DNA of 64,000 nt from a virus (lineage: Duplodnaviria > Caudoviricetes), in the IMG/VR virus record IMGVR_UViG_3300020048_000009, positions 96,001 through 160,000 of that record; one strand, given 5' to 3'. The notes beneath the pieces were generated by a model that made no database searches, was not told where the DNA came from, and saw only the letters and a program-made list of their open reading frames with translations. Position numbers and translations under genes: made by a program. This document shows, one piece after another, positions 1-9,862 of this stretch (positions are counted from its first letter, which is position 1; every line of letters begins with the position of its first letter).

Positions 1-101
1 TATTATTAAAGGATTTATATATCTAAGAAAAGCCTATCCCATTGTATCTCCGTGAGATACTTAACCTATATTAAAAACACCAGTAAGAACTAATAAGTTC
101 A

Positions 102-131
102 GTGTATATTATAATAAGTATAAAGTATAAT
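102..131 (+). promoter_or_regulatory. Putative promoter GTGTAT-N18-TATAAT
   Basis: GTGTAT 102-107, 18-nt spacer, TATAAT 126-131, upstream of ORF 164; same architecture recurs 24 times in the window. Confidence 0.7.
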
Positions 132-163
132 ATTAACATCTTGAAACATTAAAGGATTATAGT

Positions 164-412
164 ATGATGCTTGCATGTATAACATGGTTCGGTTTAGGTT
201 TATGTGGTGCTCTCGTTTATCTATTAACATCTATTCACTGTATGTATATGGGTGAATCTATTACCATGGGTGATTTTCTACTTATGGCTGTTATAATTAT
301 TATGGGACCTCCTGCTTTTATAATTATAGGCTTTCTATGCATTCTCGCTGCTATACCTAATAATGAAAAGTTAAATAGATTTCTAGATAAAACAGTAATC
401 AAAGGAAAATAA
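164..412 (+). CDS. Small two-TM membrane protein (paralog family)
   Basis: Two hydrophobic segments; AAGGA SD upstream; resembles 423, 5821, 7869, 15966, 57120. Confidence 0.7.
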   Translation: MMLACITWFGLGLCGALVYLLTSIHCMYMGESITMGDFLLMAVIIIMGPPAFIIIGFLCILAAIPNNEKLNRFLDKTVIKGK

Positions 413-422
413 AAGGATTCAT

Positions 423-665
423 ATGATAACTTACTTCACCATATTACTCCTATTCGCGCCAGGTATCATCCTCGCCATAGTCTATACGTTTAGCTGCATT
501 CGTAAGAAGAAGCTTACATGGGGAGATCTGGCTATTATCATACTCAGTGCAGTCTTCGGTGTATATAGTACCATATTCGCAGGTGTAATCTATATGGGTA
601 ATCATCCTAAACGAATTAAAGAATTATGGAATCGTCCAATATGGACTAATAGACGAATCATTTAA
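423..665 (+). CDS. Small two-TM membrane protein (paralog family)
   Basis: Hydrophobic 80 aa ORF with SD; LTWGDL segment similar to ITMGDF in ORF 164. Confidence 0.7.
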   Translation: MITYFTILLLFAPGIILAIVYTFSCIRKKKLTWGDLAIIILSAVFGVYSTIFAGVIYMGNHPKRIKELWNRPIWTNRRII

Positions 666-754
666 GGTGTATTTATGTATGATTTTTTTATATTATATAT
701 CTATCTTATTTGTTATTAGTATATTCATCACACCAAACTAAAGGATTAAACAAT

Positions 755-829
755 ATGAGCATAATTACTGTCTATATCATCATAGTCATTTTCGCTTTGG
801 CTTTTAGTATTGGTCCTGATAAGCGATAA
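755..829 (+). CDS. 24-aa single-TM miniprotein (below ORF-track cutoff)
   Basis: AAGGA SD then MSIITVYIIIVIFALAFSIGPDKR-TAA. Confidence 0.5.
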   Translation: MSIITVYIIIVIFALAFSIGPDKR

Positions 830-861
830 CAGATATAAGGATTTAATAATAAAGGATTTAT

Positions 862-930
862 ATGTGGATTTATTTAATTTTAATAATAATTATCGGTGGA
901 TTAATAATGCAGTTTCACAGGAGATACTAA
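862..930 (+). CDS. 22-aa single-TM miniprotein
   Basis: AAAGGA SD then MWIYLILIIIIGGLIMQFHRRY-TAA. Confidence 0.5.
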   Translation: MWIYLILIIIIGGLIMQFHRRY

Positions 931-1149
931 CAATATGAAATATAACATGGATGATATAATCGATACACTAACACCTATGGAAATGGTAGAATTTTTAAAT
1001 AAGCTTCCTCTTCAGATTAACGTAGATGTAAATGCTAAAGCAACATTCTTTGGTAATATAAAGGGTGATGTTAAAGTAGAGCTTATCTATAAGGGTAATG
1101 TATTACAACAAAGAACTGAAAAAATTTAAATAAAACAGTAAATAATTAC

Positions 1150-1230
1150 ATGGGAATATTCATAGTAATTATTTGTATACTGCTCGCGCTAATAACCTTA
1201 AGCCTTATCATTAAAGAGATGATAGGCTAA
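1150..1230 (+). CDS. 26-aa single-TM miniprotein
   Basis: MGIFIVIICILLALITLSLIIKEMIG-TAA; weak SD. Confidence 0.35.
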   Translation: MGIFIVIICILLALITLSLIIKEMIG

Positions 1231-1269
1231 AATTTCAGTTAAAAATTAAAGAACTTTAAAAAGCAGACA

Positions 1270-1298
1270 TTACGCGCGAGAAGAAATTTACGCGCGAG
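1270..1298. repeat. Tandem 11-bp GC-rich repeat TTACGCGCGAG x2
   Basis: Copies at 1270-1280 and 1288-1298 in a non-coding AT-rich gap. Confidence 0.8.
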
Positions 1299-1320
1299 GA
1301 ATCTAGGAAAAGCACTCGGT

Positions 1321-1657
1321 CCATATTTTATATTCTTAGAAGGTAACTTTATATGAAAATAATTAAACGTGGTTTCTTCAATAAGGATATATATGAAGCA
1401 AATGGAAGGTATCCTATTGATAGAGGAGAGAATTATACCTTAGAAGATATACAGGGTATGTTTACTCTTGTATATAAGAAGGGTACTAAAGTAAATCTCT
1501 ATAATGATGGTGATAAAGAAGAGCCTCATTATTTCTGGTATCTTAATAAAGATGTTGATGGTGGTTGGTGGTCTGAAAGTGATTTCGTTAAAGCCAATAT
1601 TACTATTAAAGAATAGTTCCATATTTTATTTTCTTAAAAGAGGTAACTTTATATATG
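1321..1657 (+). repeat. Imperfect ~35-bp direct repeat preceding two ORF starts
   Basis: ccatattttatattcttagaaggtaactttatatg (1321-1355) vs ccatattttattttcttaaaagaggtaactttatatatg (1619-1657). Confidence 0.8.
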
Positions 1658-1846
1658 AATACTAGAGAGAGTGCATTACGTTGGTGGAGAGACCTAACTC
1701 ATTTACAGCAATGTGAATTGATTGGTAAATTTTTTCCAGGAAAATCTTTTATTGAAGTATCTACATCAAGCAGTAGAATCGAACAAATATTCTTAAAGGT
1801 AACTTTTTAAGTGTATTCTTATCCTTATACATGTTAATATCTATAT

Positions 1847-2071
1847 ATGAATATTCCAATACATATCTTATATAGATTTATGCAGACGATGATTGAACAT
1901 CCATTTCCTAGCATATGTAAGCATCATGTTTGTGTAAGTCTAATATCAGAGTTAGAACTTTCTGGTTATAAACTTACAGAAGATGAAACTTCTTTAGTGG
2001 TTTCTTTATGTGATAATAGTGCAGGTGATATTCAATCTCTTATTACTCTCGATAAATTATTAAAGGTTTAA
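1847..2071 (+). CDS. Hypothetical protein, close paralog of 3949..4173
   Basis: MNIPI.ILYRFM...LCDNSAGD.QSLITLDKL shared; preceded by GTGTAT-N18-TAATAT at 1811-1840. Confidence 0.8.
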   Translation: MNIPIHILYRFMQTMIEHPFPSICKHHVCVSLISELELSGYKLTEDETSLVVSLCDNSAGDIQSLITLDKLLKV

Positions 2072-2770
2072 TTAATATGTATGAAAATTCTAGAATATTA
2101 GAACCTAATGAAGAAGTAAAGAAAGGTGATTTAATTCTATTAGTAGGTAAGAGTTGGATTATTGCAATAGATACACCAGTTAAATATTTAGCTAAAGATT
2201 TTATAGAAGTAAGAAGAAGGAAAGAAGAGGTTTAAAGATTATGGTAGTAGTTGATATTGAATGTTTATTACATGTGGTGACATTATCGGAATTGTCATTA
2301 GTTTGTCCTATTGTTATGGAAAAATTTAGGAGTAATGATAAGTATTTCCATATCGATCAATATGTCAGAGAGAATGGTGCAACTGTATGTATAGATTTAA
2401 ATGAATGGTGGAATGTTTTACCTGGGAAAGAGAAGGTAGATATTATAAGTACTTTCCATAGAGAATATAGACAGAGGCAAAAGGATTGTGAATATTCTGC
2501 GGATCAATTGTTTGAATATTGTTATGATATTAAAGACTAGGAGAATATAGATATGTTATCAGAAGAACAATTAGAAGCTTTAAAGGATTTAAGAGATGCA
2601 GGTATCATGGATCACGGTACGATTTCTGATTGTGGTGAAGCGTGCAACTGTCCTGCTTCTAATTTTATGTCTAAAGAAAGATGTGAATGTGGAGCAGATG
2701 AACATAATGAGCATCTTAATAGGGTTTATGATAATGTTCTGAAAATACTTACTGCTAAAGAAGTCTAGAT

Positions 2771-3073
2771 ATGAATAAGTTTAGTGTAGGTGATAAAGTT
2801 AAGGTTGTTCAATATGCAGGACGTGATTCTGAGAATCACCGCTATTTTAAAATTGGTAACGTCGGGATTGTTAGACAGGTAAATCTTCGTGGTGTCGGTG
2901 GATATCAGGATATGTTATTTGTTGATTTTAATGATCCTTCTAATACATATATATTCGGAAATGGTTGTTGGTATGTTTATAATGAAAATAGTTTAAGGTT
3001 GGATACTATTGAAATTGATATATCAACTTTAGATGAAGATGCTTTAATCCCTCAGGAATTATATGAAAAATAA
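2771..3073 (+). CDS. SH3/KOW-like hypothetical, DISTLDEDALIP family
   Basis: FSVGDKVKVV N-terminus, RYF.IG, W.VY.E.SL and C-terminal DISTLDEDALIP shared with 6991 and 7307. Confidence 0.8.
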   Translation: MNKFSVGDKVKVVQYAGRDSENHRYFKIGNVGIVRQVNLRGVGGYQDMLFVDFNDPSNTYIFGNGCWYVYNENSLRLDTIEIDISTLDEDALIPQELYEK

Positions 3074-3948
3074 TATTTATAACGGAACGATTGAAATAGA
3101 GAAACACATCTATGGATATGAATGGTGGAGTAATAAAAAAGCTTTTCCTAAAGAAATAGATGAAATGCTAAAAGCTTATTCTGAGAATTATATTAAGACG
3201 TGGTATTATTGTAAGAAGACGTTTAGTAATGATTGTGATTTTGATTATGCTAATAATGGATATTTTCCTGGTATTGAGCGTTTTAATATTGAATTAATAG
3301 GATGGTTTGATGGTAGAAGAATTTCTTGGTGATAACTTATGGATGAATTATTAGAAGAGTTAAGTAAATGTGATAAGATTCTTACATCTTTAGCTGGAAG
3401 GTATTATAGTAATGATCCTTTAGCTTGGAGAGGTACTGTATCGGAAAGACTTTCTTATATAACGGATAATTTAATAAAAGATGTAGAAGAAGGTAGAGGA
3501 AATGGATGATACCTTTATGTGATAGAACTTATGAGACTTGTCAAGTATGGGATGATCCTGAAATGTATGACGATGATATTGTAGGAACATCTGTTGCTGA
3601 AAGTAATGCTTTGATTAGAGATTGTGAATATTGTAGAGATTGTCCCTTTCATTTTAGAAATGCAACGTTTACACCTCTAAAGGAATAGTTTATATGAAAT
3701 TAATTTATGTATCAGAGAATCATTCTACTCCTATTTGTGCACAAACAAGTAGTGGTATATCTATTCTTTTATATTGGTTAATTCAGGATAGAGATATTGG
3801 GAAAATTGTTAAATTTAATACTTGTTCACATTCTGTAGAAATTGGACAAGTTGGTAAAATCTTAGTTCATAATAGAACAGCTGGAACAATTGCTATTATT
3901 GATTCTATGTAGGTGTATTATCATTATTTCTTTTGATATTATTTATAT

Positions 3949-4173
3949 ATGAATATTCCAATAGATATATTATATAGGTTTATGAAAACCATAGTTAAGC
4001 ATCCTGGTCCACATGCATGTAAGCATTATGTATGTGTTACTCTTATATCAGAGTTAGAACGTTCTGGTTATAAACTTTCAGAAGATGAAATATCTTTAGT
4101 TCATTCTTTATGTGATAATAGTGCAGGAGATGAACAGTCTCTTATTACGCTTGATAAATTAATAAAGGCTTAG
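3949..4173 (+). CDS. Hypothetical protein, close paralog of 1847..2071
   Basis: Colinear, mostly identical to 1847; preceded by GTGTAT-N18-TATTAT at 3913-3942. Confidence 0.8.
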   Translation: MNIPIDILYRFMKTIVKHPGPHACKHYVCVTLISELERSGYKLSEDEISLVHSLCDNSAGDEQSLITLDKLIKA

Positions 4174-5325
4174 GTGATATTATGGATGACTGGGAACGTA
4201 CTTTATTAAAGGCAATGCATGAGAGGGATATGAATGATCCTGTTTATAAAGAGGGTTTCGAATCGGAGTGGGAGTTAAACCCTTATGTATTTCCAGAAGA
4301 GTTGAGCGATGCTAGAACGAGAATTGCCTGTTTAGACCGGGCTCTTACATCAGAAGAAAAAGAAAAATTGTTTTTTCTTGGGAGAGACTTCGATGCGACT
4401 GATTGGAATAGATGGTCAAAGGGTTTTTATAGGAGAAATCTTTTTAAGAAAATGGAGTAATATGAAAATAAATGATTTATCAGTAACGGATATAACAAAT
4501 CTTCTAAAATTTTCTCCTATTTCAAGGGAGCTACATCAAATTTTAATTAAAAGAATTGATGAGATTAAAAGTGACCTTATTAAAGAAGATCGGGATAAAG
4601 GCTTATGAAAATTAAAGCTCCTAGAAAAGTAAAACCCTTTATAACAACTGAATATATTGTAGGATGTCCTAATAGATATTACTTTATAATTTATGTGAAT
4701 AAAAGAATCTCACCATTGAAAAGTAAATATTATACTTCTAAAAAAAGTGCAACGAACGCATTAAATAAAGTATTGAAGTATTATAATTTAATAGATGAAA
4801 CTGTTTTAGATTTTAGTACTACAAAATGACACAGATAGAAATAATTTCCGAGTTACTTAAGATTATACGAGATCCTATTAAGGGTGCCAATTTATCTATT
4901 AAAGATATGGCGATAACTGAGGAGGCCGATCTGATTGTTAAGAACGCTAAGGATTCTCTTATATGAGCACATATTATCAGCAACTTGGTAAAGCTTCTAA
5001 TGCTAAAAATAAAAGATGTCGGAGAGGTAACGAGTCTAGAAATAATATCTTTGATGAACCTTGGAAACAATTTATACCTAGTCACATTTCTAAAAGAATT
5101 ATTAAATTTAGAAAATTAAAGGAGTCTAAATGAAAGAATTAAAATTAGTACTTGAAAGTTGCAAAGGTTGTCCTTATCTTACATGGGAAGAGAATAATGG
5201 ATGTGGAAATTATGCTGGCTGGAGTCATTGCAACAAGAAGAATCAACATATTGAAAGAAATACTATGTATCCAGAATTCCCTGTATGGTGTCCATTAACC
5301 GATAAACCCAAAGCGTAGGAAATTT

Positions 5326-5499
5326 ATGAAGGATATTTTTAAACAATTGATGCATGATAATTGTGGTGTTGGTGGTATAAAATGCTATTGCTGTAATGAT
5401 TGGAAAGGTAAGGCTAGAAAAGGTTTGAATAGAATTGTTCGAGCTATGTTAAAGCAGCATGACCTAAAAGAAAATATCAGAGAGCAAGAAAAAGATTAA
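5326..5499 (+). CDS. 57-aa Cys-cluster protein (not in ORF track)
   Basis: AGGA SD; MKDIFKQLMHDNCGVGGIKCYCCNDWKGKARK...; fills gap between 5318 and 5543. Confidence 0.55.
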   Translation: MKDIFKQLMHDNCGVGGIKCYCCNDWKGKARKGLNRIVRAMLKQHDLKENIREQEKD

Positions 5500-5542
5500 C
5501 GTAATAGTGTATTTATCGAAGAGTATTTGTTAGTATTTATAT

Positions 5543-5794
5543 ATGAGTATTACAAGTAGAAAGTTAACATCTGAAGATAGAATACCTTTATATAGAATAT
5601 ACGGCCATATGTATGAATGGACGAGCGGTATGGCCTCTAAAGGAATTCGGGATGGTGATGTAACTATTAACGGTGTTGTAATTACAGATGATAAGTTCTT
5701 AGTAAAAGACGGTGATAAGATATGTGAATCTAAAGGTAAGGAATATGTTATAGAAATTCCTTCTTATTGGAGACAGAGTTGTAATACAAAATAG
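5543..5794 (+). CDS. S4-like RNA-binding domain protein
   Basis: TSGMASKGIRDGDVTINGVVITDDKFLVKDGDKI fits the S4 pattern (S..A...I..G.V.VNG......V..GD.I). Confidence 0.65.
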   Translation: MSITSRKLTSEDRIPLYRIYGHMYEWTSGMASKGIRDGDVTINGVVITDDKFLVKDGDKICESKGKEYVIEIPSYWRQSCNTK

Positions 5795-6054
5795 ATTTTT
5801 AGAAAAGAAAGAGAGAAATTATGATAGAGTTATCAATATACTTTGGGTGCGGCCTGTTGGCATTTATAATTTGGTTTATATTATGTAAGATTGAAGGTTC
5901 TACTATTAAAGAATTACTTTTAGGTTTTTTATTTTTTGCATTGGGATATGTTGGGCTTATGCTTCTTTTAGGTGTAACTATTTGTGTTACTGTTGACCAA
6001 TATATAGTAGGTAATCCTAAATTTCAGGCATGGTTAAATAAAAAGATTTAAAAT

Positions 6055-6924
6055 ATGAAGTTAAAAGATTACGTTGATAATTCAATTTTGTATTATCCCA
6101 GTTTATATAGAGCTCATAATTATGAAGACTCTAGGCTTCTTGTATTGGATCATATATTTCTAACAATTGGTAATGGCTTAGAATGGCATAAAGATGGTTT
6201 TATTACCGAATTGGGATATAGGGGAAAATATAATACAAAGTATAAAGCCAAAAAGATTCCCGAAAATTTCTTTTCTGATGATTTATGGGAATTGCATTTA
6301 CTTAAAGAACATTTAAAAGAAGTAAAGAAATTGTTGAAGGGTTATTATTCTTATATATTAAGAAATGGACATACTAAAATAACATTAGCTTTTCTATGTA
6401 ATGATATGTCTTTAGTTAATTCCATTTTCTTGAAATATGATATTAAAACTAGTATGGAAATTTGTTTAGAAAAGTTTTTGAAAGAAAATCAAATTGAAAA
6501 AACAAGAACACCTAGAAAGTTTCAAGTTAATAAAGAAGAAGAACATACGCCTTACCCGATGTGTCATTATAGTGCTATTGTAGAAATGATTAATAGGAAG
6601 ACGGAGTCTCTACATATAACAAATTTTGGTTTAGTTAATATCCAGCCTGATTATATAGAAGGTGCATTGGATGCTGCTAAAAGGGCATTAAGATTTTATA
6701 AAGATCCTGAAAAAAATAAACTGGACCATTACCATCCGTCGAAATCATTAAAAGGCTTTAAAGAATTTTATGAAACAGATCCTGAGAAATTTAGACGTGA
6801 AAGAGTAAAAGATGGAATGTTACCAGAACATACGATTGAGCAATGGTGTCAGATTTGTTGGGAGAAACATCTTGTTGAACAAATAGGTTATTGTGAGAAG
6901 CTTATTGAGATGTATGGAAAATAA
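6055..6924 (+). CDS. Hypothetical protein (289 aa)
   Basis: Long uninterrupted ORF; no motif recognised. Confidence 0.75.
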   Translation: MKLKDYVDNSILYYPSLYRAHNYEDSRLLVLDHIFLTIGNGLEWHKDGFITELGYRGKYNTKYKAKKIPENFFSDDLWELHLLKEHLKEVKKLLKGYYSYILRNGHTKITLAFLCNDMSLVNSIFLKYDIKTSMEICLEKFLKENQIEKTRTPRKFQVNKEEEHTPYPMCHYSAIVEMINRKTESLHITNFGLVNIQPDYIEGALDAAKRALRFYKDPEKNKLDHYHPSKSLKGFKEFYETDPEKFRRERVKDGMLPEHTIEQWCQICWEKHLVEQIGYCEKLIEMYGK

Positions 6925-6937
6925 TATTATATCTTAA

Positions 6938-6967
6938 GTGTATTATTTTGTTTGAATTACTTATAAT
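6938..6967 (+). promoter_or_regulatory. Putative promoter GTGTAT-N18-TATAAT
   Basis: Exact motif upstream of ORF 6991. Confidence 0.7.
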
Positions 6968-6990
6968 GTAAGTACTTAAAGGCTTATTAT

Positions 6991-7305
6991 ATGAGTAGAT
7001 TTAAAAGGGGTGATAAAGTTAGAGTTGTTTGTTATGCCGGTAATGATACTGGTAATACAAGATATTTTAGTATAGGTGATATTGGAGTTGTTGAGTTTAT
7101 CGAGGTTATCGGTATAAAAAACCCGAGTATGATACAGGTTAATTTTAATGACCCATCAAATAAAAAAATATATCAAAAGGGTATATGGTACGTATATTGT
7201 GAAGATAGCTTAGAATTTCATGGTAAATACGATAAAATTGATATTTCAACTCTTGATGAAGATGCGTTAATTCCTGATGTATTATATAAACAGGAAATAA
7301 AATAA
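6991..7305 (+). CDS. SH3/KOW-like hypothetical, DISTLDEDALIP family
   Basis: MSRFKRGDKVRVV...DISTLDEDALIP. Confidence 0.8.
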   Translation: MSRFKRGDKVRVVCYAGNDTGNTRYFSIGDIGVVEFIEVIGIKNPSMIQVNFNDPSNKKIYQKGIWYVYCEDSLEFHGKYDKIDISTLDEDALIPDVLYKQEIK

Positions 7306-7306
7306 C

Positions 7307-7615
7307 ATGAGCCGATTTAAAAAAGGTGATAAAGTTAGAGTTATACAATTTGCAACTCCTGATATTGGTAATAATCGATACTTTAGTATTGGTGATATCG
7401 GAATTGTTATGGAGTCAAATGTTCATGCTCGAGGTTTAATATTGACGGATGTTAGTTTTAAGGGGCAGGGAAATAAAAATGTTATAGACGGCGGTAGATG
7501 GTGGGTTTATTGTGAAGATAGTTTAGCGTTAGTTTATGATTTTAAATTTGATATTTCGACTCTTGACGAAGATGCACTTATACCAGAGGAACTTTATAAA
7601 AAAGGAGAAAATTAA
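7307..7615 (+). CDS. SH3/KOW-like hypothetical, DISTLDEDALIP family (tandem copy)
   Basis: MSRFKKGDKVRVI...DISTLDEDALIP. Confidence 0.8.
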   Translation: MSRFKKGDKVRVIQFATPDIGNNRYFSIGDIGIVMESNVHARGLILTDVSFKGQGNKNVIDGGRWWVYCEDSLALVYDFKFDISTLDEDALIPEELYKKGEN

Positions 7616-7616
7616 T

Positions 7617-7859
7617 ATGAAACGTTGCGGATTTACTATTGTTGAGTTTATGATTATTGTTGCTATTCTTGGAATACTTTTAGCTATTATTATTCCTAAT
7701 GTTATGGTTTCTAATAATACTCCTTCTTCTTTTTCTAAAAATGTTAAGGATAGCGGAAAATTTACCTGTAACGATCATTCATATCTTAAAATTGAATATC
7801 AAACCACTGCAACAATTGTACATGATCCTGATTGTGGTAAATGTAATGTGGAAAAATAA
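7617..7859 (+). CDS. Prepilin-type N-terminal cleavage/methylation-motif protein with C-terminal HDPDC motif
   Basis: AAGGAG SD at 7602-7607 favours ATG 7617 over the track's 7536; MKRCG|FTIVEFMIIVAILGILLAIIIP is a class III signal (G|FTxxE). Confidence 0.75.
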   Translation: MKRCGFTIVEFMIIVAILGILLAIIIPNVMVSNNTPSSFSKNVKDSGKFTCNDHSYLKIEYQTTATIVHDPDCGKCNVEK

Positions 7860-8127
7860 GAGGAATTTATGTTTTTATTATATAGTTTTATTATAGGATA
7901 TATTGCGGCTGGAATAATTTCTTGTGTTTTGTATTATGAAGGCGAAAAGAAAATGTCACTAGAAATGGAACATGAATATTGTATATTTAATTATTGTGAT
8001 TTATTTTTAATTATAGTAATTTTTATATTAGGTTATATTTCTTTAATAGCATCTATTGGGATTATTCTTTGTAGCTATAGTGATAAGGAAGCATTTAGAG
8101 TTAAAGTAAAATAAAGGAAATAAATAA

Positions 8128-8625
8128 ATGAAAACTGCTGGAAATTGGATTAAGGTATTGGATCTTTCTACTCTTAAAGTAGGAGATATTGTTAAGTATT
8201 GTAGTCTTGAGGGTAATAAAAAGTATTGGTGTGGTGATGGTACTACAGCTGGTGGTGGTGGTCGAGTTGTTTTTTATATTGATGAAAAAAAAATTAAAAC
8301 CTGTAACCCTGATGATGTAGACCAGAATTTTATGTCTGAGCTTATTAATGATGAATGGTCTGAGGTTTATGTTTGGGTTTCTGATGAACAAAATAATGTT
8401 GAAGAAGTAGTACTTGATATTAAAAAGTCTTCTGCGAAAATAGCAACAATTCATATTGAAAGAGGATGTGATGAATATTGTTGGCTTATTGAATTACCAT
8501 TTAAGTCTAAACCTATATTTGAATCGGCTGGTTTTTATAATAGAAAGTATGATGCTATTAGAGCAGCCGTAAAGGTTTGTAAGCAATTGGGTATTTTATA
8601 TACAGTAAGCAAGGAATTAGTATAA
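8128..8625 (+). CDS. Hypothetical, GNW..V / AIRAA..C..LG paralog family
   Basis: N- and C-terminal motifs shared with 10949, 17817, 19807. Confidence 0.75.
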   Translation: MKTAGNWIKVLDLSTLKVGDIVKYCSLEGNKKYWCGDGTTAGGGGRVVFYIDEKKIKTCNPDDVDQNFMSELINDEWSEVYVWVSDEQNNVEEVVLDIKKSSAKIATIHIERGCDEYCWLIELPFKSKPIFESAGFYNRKYDAIRAAVKVCKQLGILYTVSKELV

Positions 8626-8918
8626 ATAGTGACTATATTCTATAACAATGGAAAAACTCTGGCAATATTTACCAAGAACGAAAATGGTAAATATGTCGGA
8701 GATTTTACTTGTTATTGGTTTAATGGGAATTTATGCGGTATGTGTTCATATCATGCTGATGGATCTGAGAAAAGAGTTGGCATGTATGAATACTATACAT
8801 TTGAAGGGGATCTTTATAAAAAAGGATCATTTGATAGTAATGGAAAAAATGAAAAAATATATTTTTCTTTAAATCCTTTGGATAAAATTTGTAAAGATTA
8901 ATACTATTAGGAATTATC

Positions 8919-9461
8919 ATGAGTAAAAAATTTGAAGATTTACCACAAGAATATAAAGATCTTGTTCAGAAGATTAAAGATGCAAGGGTTGAAACGGAAA
9001 AGACCAGAACTAAAGAGGTTGAAGCTCAGAATACCGAAACCGAATTTAAAGAATATTGTAATATTGAGTTTTCTCCCTTATTAAAGGAATTATCAAAGAT
9101 TGCTTTAGAATATAAGAAACATCTTAAAGCCCAAGAAGAACATGCAGCAGCTCAGAAAAAATTATATGGTAAGCATATTGATGGTGAATATCGTTATTAC
9201 TGGGAAAAATGTGAAAACTGTCATGGTAACGGAAGTATTCGTGTTGGTACTGGTCATTATAAACATCAGGGTGATTCTGATTCAGAAGGATTTTATATTG
9301 AATCTGAAGTAATGGAAGATAGAACTTGTACTAAATGTAGTGGTTCTGGGGGCTTTATTAAATATATCAAAGGTGGTTCAGTATGGGAACAACAGAAACC
9401 TTGTAGTATTTATCAGTTTGAACGAAATCAAGATGATTTTCTAAAAATTATATTAGATTAA
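8919..9461 (+). CDS. Coiled-coil protein with DnaJ-type CxxCxGxG zinc-finger pair
   Basis: CENCHGNG and CTKCSGSG motifs; charged helical N-terminus. Confidence 0.65.
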   Translation: MSKKFEDLPQEYKDLVQKIKDARVETEKTRTKEVEAQNTETEFKEYCNIEFSPLLKELSKIALEYKKHLKAQEEHAAAQKKLYGKHIDGEYRYYWEKCENCHGNGSIRVGTGHYKHQGDSDSEGFYIESEVMEDRTCTKCSGSGGFIKYIKGGSVWEQQKPCSIYQFERNQDDFLKIILD

Positions 9462-9469
9462 TAAAAGAA

Positions 9470-9862
9470 ATGTTGGTTAGTATGTTTGAATTTTTTATGA
9501 CTCTAGGCTTTATATGTTTCTTTGGGGTATTTATATTTATTTTAGCTATAATGTTCGCAGAGAGATCTGAAAATATTCCTATATATTTTCTTGGGATATT
9601 TTTCTGTTTATTATTTGGTATTATGTTTGTAGTAGGATCAGAGCAATTTTTGCAGATTGATACTATCAAAGAAGAGATTCCTATTGAATTTATTAAAAGA
9701 ACTCCTGATGGTGTTATTAATGTTTATGGCAACGGTGTATGTGTACGGTCAGAATTAGCATCTCATTATATTGCATCTTCAAATAATCTAGCTATCATGA
9801 GATATAAAAAAGTAAGAAACAATACAGTTCTTAGTTATTCTAATGTATTAGAGCTTAAATAA
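9470..9862 (+). CDS. Two-TM membrane protein with small soluble C-domain (paralog family)
   Basis: Similar layout to 12122, 20207, 45005. Confidence 0.65.
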   Translation: MLVSMFEFFMTLGFICFFGVFIFILAIMFAERSENIPIYFLGIFFCLLFGIMFVVGSEQFLQIDTIKEEIPIEFIKRTPDGVINVYGNGVCVRSELASHYIASSNNLAIMRYKKVRNNTVLSYSNVLELK

